Below are positions 55,080 to 64,000 of a DNA stretch of 64,000 bases, in pieces; the stretch's first letter is position 1, and each line of letters opens with the position of its first letter. Source of the DNA: the human T2T-CHM13v2.0 reference genome, Homo sapiens; NCBI RefSeq assembly GCF_009914755.1, contig NC_060941.1, one strand, 5' to 3'. Position numbers and translations under genes: made by a program. The notes under the pieces are model-generated. The model searched no databases, was not told the origin of the DNA, and saw nothing but the letters and a program-made list of their open reading frames with translations.

Positions 55080-56050
55080 ATAAAGATTTATCTGTTCTCG
55101 TTAGTTTCCAGCCTGGTGGGGGAGATTAAGACAATAATCAAATAATGGTTTTTATGAAATAAAACTACTAACTAAAGCAGTGTTCTAAAGACAATGGAAT
55201 CACTCCATGGGAGCATAAAATAAAGGAATTTGATCCGGGCTGGAGTGTCAGGTCGGTAGGTAGAGTGGGAATCGGGGCCAGTGAGGGAAGCACACAGATG
55301 GTTCAGCAGTGGGCAGTGAGGAAGACGCCAGGGGAGGAGAGGAAGGGCTGCTCCCTGAAGCCTTCTGCCAAAGGGGATGACCTAGCAGAATTCCAAATTA
55401 TAGGGCTCAGACAAAGAAGAAGGCAATAAGAGTGTTCTGTGCAGTGAGAGCATCATGTGCTAAGGCAAAGAGATGTGAGAGAAGAAAGTCAATCTGGAGG
55501 CATCTGAGTAGTCCAGGAGGCTGGAAAATGGGGTTGGGGTGGAGTGTGAATAAGGGGCAGAATACGAGGCCAAGAGCCAGCCAGGACTGGTCATTAGGGC
55601 CTGTATTCCATGCAAGGTAGGGACTTAAGCAGGGGTGTGACATCATCTGATGACAGAGAGTGGATTGAGAGGGAGAGCCCGAAGGCAGGGCATCCAGCTG
55701 GTGGCTGTGTAGTGATGTAAGGGAGAAAAGATGGAGGCTGAAGTGGAGGCATAAATGAGAAGGTTATGGAGCCTAGGGCTGTTCCTGAACCAGGAGAGGG
55801 TGGCGTGTCAGAAGCCAGGGAGGACCGAGCTCAACCATGTCAAAAGCTGCAGAGAGACTGCTGAAACTTGGGACTTAAAGGATCACCTTGATGTGTCAAC
55901 TAGGAGATGAGAACAGTTGCTGTGGAATGAGGTGGGGTGGATGCAGAAGTCAGCCTGCAGTGCTGTGGGTGTTTCATGTCAAAGGCTGAGAGACAGGGTT
56001 GGAGAAGGCAGCCTCAGGCCAAGGATGGGGGCTCAGAGCTCTCTTCCAGA
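55080..56050 (-). mobile_element. Degenerate L2 fragments
   Basis: Purine-rich L2-like stretches (aagcaggggtgtgacatcatctga, ggcgtgtcagaagccaggg, gtcaaaagctgcagagag). Confidence 0.55.
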
Positions 56051-56730
56051 GTCTTCCACTCCCTGCCCCAGTCCCAACCTGAGCTCACTCCAAGCAATCA
56101 ACATGAAAACAAAGGGAGAGTGTCTAGCAGAGGCCTTCCCATCTGCAGAGCAAGGAAGTCTCGGTCCCAAGGTCAATGCTGAAGAGGAACTTGCTTGGTG
56201 GTGCAGGTCATGGAGCCAGCAAGATTCTTGATAAACAGGAGAGGATGGTGGCACCGGAGGTGGATGTAGGGGGTTTCGTGAAGTGATTTGGCACTAGGGT
56301 CAAGAGGAGGCCAAGGATAAACAATGTTGTGGAAATGAAATGGTGATAATTTACAAGGGCAAATTGTTTTACATTCCAGCGGAGTTGGCTCCCAAGCCGA
56401 ACTCTTCCTGCAGAAGTTGAGGTGGTGTGTGAGTCATTGTTATAAATAGACCGGCCAACTGAATGTCATCGGAAAGGACACAGTCCCATGAGTATAACCT
56501 TGGAGGGCGCAAATGGCACTGCATGGATTGAGAGCTTGTTCCAAGAAGAGGGCAGAGGGAGAGCTTGGGGCACGGGGGGCTGTCCAGGAGAGGAAGCAGA
56601 TGCTGAAGAAGGGGGTTCCAGCTCAAGCAGCAGGCTGATGCAGAGGACTGGCCAGGAGCAAGCTTCCTGCATGGCTCAGTGGAGCCCAGCTCTCAGCTGC
56701 CTAGCTGCTAGCTCAGGCTGGGTCGTCTCA

Positions 56731-57122
56731 CTTTCTCCATCTACTTGAGCTGCCGTAACAGAATACCACAGACCTAGGGGGCTTACACAGCAGGAATCGA
56801 TTTCTCACAGTTCTGGAGGCAGGCAGTCCAAGATGAAGGTGCCGGCAGCGCTAGTTTCTGGCAAGGGCTCTTCTTTGGCTAGCAGGTGGCCACCTTCTCA
56901 CTGTGTCCTCACATGGCCTCATCTCTGCGTGTGGAGAGAGAGCTCTCTGGTGTCTCTTCCTCTTCTTAGAAGGACACCAGTCCTATGGGACTAGGGCCCC
57001 AGCCATATGAATTCATTTAACCTTTATTACCTCCTAAAAGCTGCTGTCTCCAAATGTCGTCCCATGGGGAGTTAAGGCTTCAGCAGATGAACTTGGGTGG
57101 GGGACACAATTCAATCTATAAT
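56731..57122 (-). mobile_element. MLT1A/B solo LTR
   Basis: Minus strand begins TATTATAGATTGAATTGTGTCCCC; tttctcacagttctggaggc..tccaagatgaaggtgcc body. Confidence 0.88.
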
Positions 57123-57428
57123 ACTTGCCTTCTAGAAATTCTTCCAAAGAATTCCAACTCTTCTAGAATCCCAAGACACTCCATTAACCAAAGCACAAGA
57201 AAATACAATTCCCAACCGGCACCAGCTCATTCATTCATTCATTCATTCATCACCATGGATGTGCGGGTCCTGATGAACACTAGGGACAGAGAAGGGCCTT
57301 GCCTTCACATTCATAATGACTTCAAAACAGGGGCCCTGAGCTCTTAGGAAACTTCTGGAAGAGGAGAACGTCATAGACATCAAGCACTTTCCCCTGAGGA
57401 AATCTGAGTCCAGCCACACCTGGCGTGA

Positions 57429-57803
<375 letters not shown>

Positions 57804-58860
57804 GATCTTATAGGTCATATAAAGGACTTAACTACCCAGAACTAAGAGAAGGCCCAAAGCCAAGAACAAAAGGCACTAAGAACCCGGCACCTCTGTGCCC
57901 CAAAGATGAGGCTGGGCCTGCCCAGCCACACCCCCGAAAGGGACCACGAAGCTATGGAATCTGCCCCAAATGTGTCAAAGGACAGGAAAGGGAGGACTCT
58001 CATCGCATCATGGAAAGCAATGTGAAAAAATAAAACCATTTCCTGTTTAGACTTTCATGAATGGACATTCCGCGATAAACCACAAATCATGGGATTATTG
58101 TATCTGCTCCCACAATGAGGCCTGTGAACTCTTTGAGGGGTAGAGATGTCATCCCCTCTGTCCCTGGCGCCTGCAGCAGCGTCAGTCACAGTCATGCTTG
58201 GTGTCAATGCCCAGGGGCCTGTGTTCTCAGTATAGGGGGCACCTTGGCTTTGACCTTGTATTTCTTTTCTGCGGGACAAGCCAGCCCCTCAGAACCAGAA
58301 GCAACCACATCTCACACCAGGCACCAAACACAGGGTCCTCCCCCATCTTGGGGCTCTGGTCTCTGAGTGCAACTTGCTTTTGGGGAGACTCCACAGTCTG
58401 TCTGGGAGCTTCCAACTCCACCTCGGGGTTGCCCCTCTTTCCTTTTGCGGTGTGGGGGTCCAGGGTGTGCAGTGCTTGGCCAGGGAGGGAGCTCCCTTTA
58501 AAGATCACTAGCCTGAGGTTATCAAGAATGAGCCAGCAGGGAAGCACAGCCCTCCCGGCCGCCCAGACAAAGCTCAAACCCAAGCTAGTCTGTTTTGGTG
58601 GAGCGAAGAAGAAGCAAGAGGCAGTTCCTAAGAGTGGGCAGCCCTGGCCTGGACAGGATGACTAAGAGGCTGGAGCTCGTGCAGGCTGTTTGCTGACCCA
58701 CTGACTTGCGGGGATTTTCCAGCCAATGTCCTTCTAACACTGCCCCGAAGCGAGTGGGGGTGAAGGGAATGAGCTCCTGAGCCACCAGCCCCTCAGGTAC
58801 CCCAGACAGCAGGCAGTAGGCAGCACCACCCAGGTCTCATTCCACAGTTGGGGAAACCAG

Positions 58861-59371
58861 TGAGAGGTGAGGCCAGCTGGTATTCCTTGGTGTAGTGGGG
58901 ACTTGGGGAGCTTTTCCTATTTTACAAGAGGTTTGTAAAATGCACCAAATCAGGAACTTTCCTGTCTTACAACCGGATTGTAAAATGCACCAATCAGTGC
59001 TCTGTAAAACACACCAAACAGCGCTCTGTAAAATGTACCAATTGCCAGGATTCTAAAAGTAGCCAATCACGGGGTGGATTGAAAAAAGGGCACTCTGATA
59101 GGACAGAAACGGAACATGGGAGGGGTACAATAAGGGAATAAAAGCTGACCACTCCCTCCTCCCCTGCAAACTAGCAGGGGTAACCTGCTCGGGTCGTCTT
59201 CGGCTCTGTGGAAGCTTTGTCCTTTCGCTCTTTACAATAAACCTTGCTACCCCTCACTCTTTGGGTCCATGCCATCTTTAAGAGCTGTGACACTCGCTGC
59301 AAAGGTCCGTGGCTACATTCTCTAAATCAGCGAGACCACGAACCCACTGGCAGGAACCAACTCCAGATACA
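58861..59371 (+). mobile_element. Solo LTR12F-like (ERV9 family) LTR
   Basis: tgagaggtgaggccagctgg...ggaaccaactccagataca; 4-bp TSD ccag (58857-58860, 59372-59375); three CCAAT boxes and AATAAAA TATA-like box at 59137-59143. Confidence 0.93.
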
Positions 59372-59879
59372 CCAGGACCAGAGAGGAGAAGGACCCTCCC
59401 AATATGACACAGGGAGTCAACGCAGCACGAAGGAGTCAGTGCTAAGTGCAGCAGGCATGGGAGGCAGTGAAGGTTTCAGGGAGGCGGTGATGAGCCCAAT
59501 GAGGGGGTGGCTCAAACTGGCCACATAGAGGGAGGATATGGGAAGAACTCAGTGGGCAGCCCAGAGGAAGGAGAGGCAGAAACAGATCTGCACTGAACTC
59601 CCGGATAGAGATCTTGGGTCGTATCAACAAAATTGACACGGAAGGGTGGGGCCTGCTGAGGGGAGGGGAGGGAGGGGCCGAAGATGACCTCTTATGGGGG
59701 GGGTGCCTGAGTGGCTGGCAGCATCATTGGCAGAAATAGAGAAGTTGGGCGTGGGTGGGGGGGGCGGGCTCAAATTCAGGCAGGTCATTTTGAGGGACGG
59801 GAAGGACAAGCCCATTTCCCATGGAAATAAGAACAGTAGGGGGGTAAGGTCCAGTTTTGTGAATGGGGCTTTGAAGTGA

Positions 59880-60554
<675 letters not shown>

Positions 60555-61315
60555 TGAACTCAGCTCCTTCTAAAGCACAAACTTCCCAGCATGAGGTTGT
60601 CCCTCCACTGCCTTCATGGAGCTACAGGGCTGCCTCCCACTTCCAGGAAGAGGGGGAGTCAAGAGGCTCAGAGAGTAGGAGATAGGTTTGAACCCATAGA
60701 ACAAGAACCCAGAACCGCCTGGACATGATTTAGACAATATTATTTGTCTTCAATGCACCTGATCACATTTTCTTTTTTTTTTTTCCCTCCCCACTTTTTT
60801 TTTCTCCAGTCAATAAGACTACTCTCAAATCCAGTGAGTCACCGGAAAATGTAAATTAAAAAAAAAAAGTAAGAGGAACATTGCTCCTACGTAAGCTCTT
60901 GCCATCTGTGAATCATTCCGAGACAGGTATAATGGACATAATTACAGCTCATCCACAAGCTAGACCCCAAATCAGTCCTTAAGACTGAGTTCAGAATCCA
61001 GTGGTTTCCCCAGCAGGACCTGGGGCAGTGAAAGCTAGCCTAGAGGAGAACACAAACCTGAAATGTGCTTAGAGGCCTTGGTGATCTCACAGGGGGCCCA
61101 GGCGGGGTGGAAACCTGGATATGTATGCCCTGATTCCAGAGACCCAGCAATTCCAGAACTTTCCTCCCACTCATGTTCTCCCCATCCCACACACTCAAGG
61201 CACCTCCTCCTGTTTGAATTCATTCTCCTTTTACCAGATCTTTATTCTTCTGGTCACTGCAAAACCATTCAACCTAGCCAAAAAGTGGGAGGGATAGTCA
61301 ATTTATTATACTACA

Positions 61316-61754
<439 letters not shown>

Positions 61755-61756
<2 letters not shown>

Positions 61757-61811
61757 TATATAAATAATATATATATAATATATATATTATATAATATATA
61801 TTATATATATA
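61755..61811. repeat. Imperfect (TA)n tract
   Basis: About 57 bp of A/T only, mostly alternating. Confidence 0.92.
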
Positions 61812-63227
61812 GGATAGTCCCTTCTGTGTACAGACTGCCTGGACCTTTGCTAATCACTCTTTGCTTCTCTTTCCTCATCTGCAAAATAGGAAAACAATAG
61901 CCCCTTCTTCATGGGGGTTTTGTGGCAATTAAATGAGGTAATGTATGTAACACCCTTAAGAACAATGCTTGTGTTCAGTCAGTACCTAGCAATTATTATC
62001 ATCATCTTCTTCTTCATCTCGGGAGGTGGGAACATCGAAAGCTCTCATGTAAGATGGCAACTACGATGACCCCAGGGCCCTCCCATTCTGATGGCCAGTA
62101 TTAGGAATCACAGGAGCACCAGAGTGAGAATGCTGGAGCTAGAAGATCATCCAGCCTCAGCAGGGAAACTGGACCCAAAGAAGAGCAGAGACCAGCCCCG
62201 AGCCACCCACTTGGTTAGTGTCAGAGGCAGGACAGGAACCCTGGCCTTCTGTGTGCAGGCCATTTTTCTCACTCTAGCACATGTGATTCCTCCAGTCCCA
62301 GAGGTCAAGGTCAGAAGAGCAACTTAATACATCTCTGTAATCAGGGGAGATGAGCTCCTTGGACATTGGAAACATTGTGCTAATCCACTCCAAAATATTC
62401 TAGCTCAAGGCCAAGTGCAGGGGGCTTATGTCAGTGGAAGCCCCACTCCTTCAATGTCAGTACAAGCACCAAAAGGAAAAGAAAATACCCCAAGATATTC
62501 TAAGTGGCTCAGCCTTGGGAGAGACCTTACCCTGGAATTTCCCTGAAATGTCATCAGGATGCAGGGTTTGAAGCATGTTCCTTTCCAACCGGCCCTCCCA
62601 GTCCCCTCTACATGGCTGTACCCTTAGACCCATCAGCTCACTGCCTCCTCACTGTCCTGGGGACTCCTGCACCTGGGGACTCACATTTCTTATGGTTTTT
62701 CCTTTCCCCCAGCAGTGATTCAGCAAATGCCTGTTGCACTCTAGGCTACAGAGATGAAGGCATGGTCTCTACCCTTCCAGAGCTCACAGGCTGGCCAGGA
62801 GACAGACAAATGGATAACCAGAATATAGTAGGAGAAAGACCTTTCTGGGCTGGGGGTAGCATAGTAGAGAAGCTCAGAGAAGCTTTCACAAGGGTGGAGA
62901 GAGTCCCACTAGGCTGTGGAGGGTGAGTTGAATTCACTGTGCACACAGAGAGGGATAAGCCAAAGTGAGGAGTCACATGGGGAGACTGATGGCTGCTGTG
63001 TTCTCCCAACCAAACCAGGTGCATCCTTCAAGGACCTGACCAAGGCTGACTCCTACAGGAAGCCTTCTTTGATACAAAGGTTGCAATCTCACTTCTCTGA
63101 ACCTCTGTCCTAATTGGTCTATGACCATTCCATGCCCTTCCCTCCCCCACTGCTGGGGCCCCTTGGCCAAACTTGCCAATCTACAGTACCCTGTGCTAGA
63201 GCCAATATTGACCTGAGGCAGGAATTA

Positions 63228-63542
<315 letters not shown>

Positions 63543-63779
63543 TCAACCCCAGACTGTCCCCAACTGCAACCATTGTCATTTCCCCAAGCTGCCTTTGGCT
63601 GCTGCCTTCTGCCAGTGATCTGGGGCAGCAAGAGGTTTAAAGAGAAAGCTTGCCATCCTAAGTCCCAGGAAGTCAGCTCCTGGGACTCAGGGGAGCCCTT
63701 GGTTCTGCATCTATGGGAAAGCATCAGAAGCAGCTGCCCTCACCTGCCCCTGCTACCTTGGAACACAGTGCCCCACCCC

Positions 63780-64000
63780 CATCAGTCAGGAATATATCCA
63801 CTTGGCTGCAAGTAGCAAAAAGCTTAGTTAACACAGGCTTCAGCACATAAGGGTCTGTTTTGCTCAGGTCAGATGTCCTAAGATAGACAGTTTCAGCAGA
63901 TGCAGCTGTTCAAATTTGTCACCAAGGACCCAGACTCAGTCTGTGTTCCTAACCATCACCCTTAGAATTTGAATTTCATTCTCACAGTCGCAAGATAGCT
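63780..64000. mobile_element. Old MLT1 (K/L-like) LTR fragment
   Basis: ttggctgcaagta..., tgtcaccaaggacccagactc, cacagtcgcaagatagct motifs. Confidence 0.5.

Noticed and set aside
58198-58665. 155-aa ORF and overlapping antisense ORFs
   Set aside because: No recognisable homology or exon structure; consistent with chance ORFs in GC-rich DNA.

Overview
Human (or very close primate) non-coding genomic DNA, dominated by interspersed repeats. No intact protein-coding exon series could be supported, and the longer or recognisable ORFs in the track derive from Alu or L1. Main contents: the 5' 4.8 kb of an L1PA5/6-like element (minus strand, cut by the window edge); two solo ERV9/LTR12-family LTRs; about 50 Alus; MaLR LTRs; DNA-transposon fossils (MER1B, MER58A, Tigger3, deleted Tigger1, a hAT transposase remnant); and a ~20 kb nested stack of ancient L1M sequence (34.4-54.7 kb). 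That stack holds three retrotransposed cellular RNAs: (1) a TSD-flanked, poly(A)-tailed processed copy of what looks like a short alternative MYT1L transcript (C2HC zinc-finger exons with non-canonical first and last segments) that has kept many CpGs; (2) an old U6/L1 chimeric retrocopy; (3) a probable 3' end of an unidentified mRNA. The same 11 kb carries three short inverted segments at deletion junctions, two of which match a template 0.7-0.9 kb away. Repeat subfamily calls come from remembered consensus sequences, and boundaries are approximate unless a TSD is quoted.
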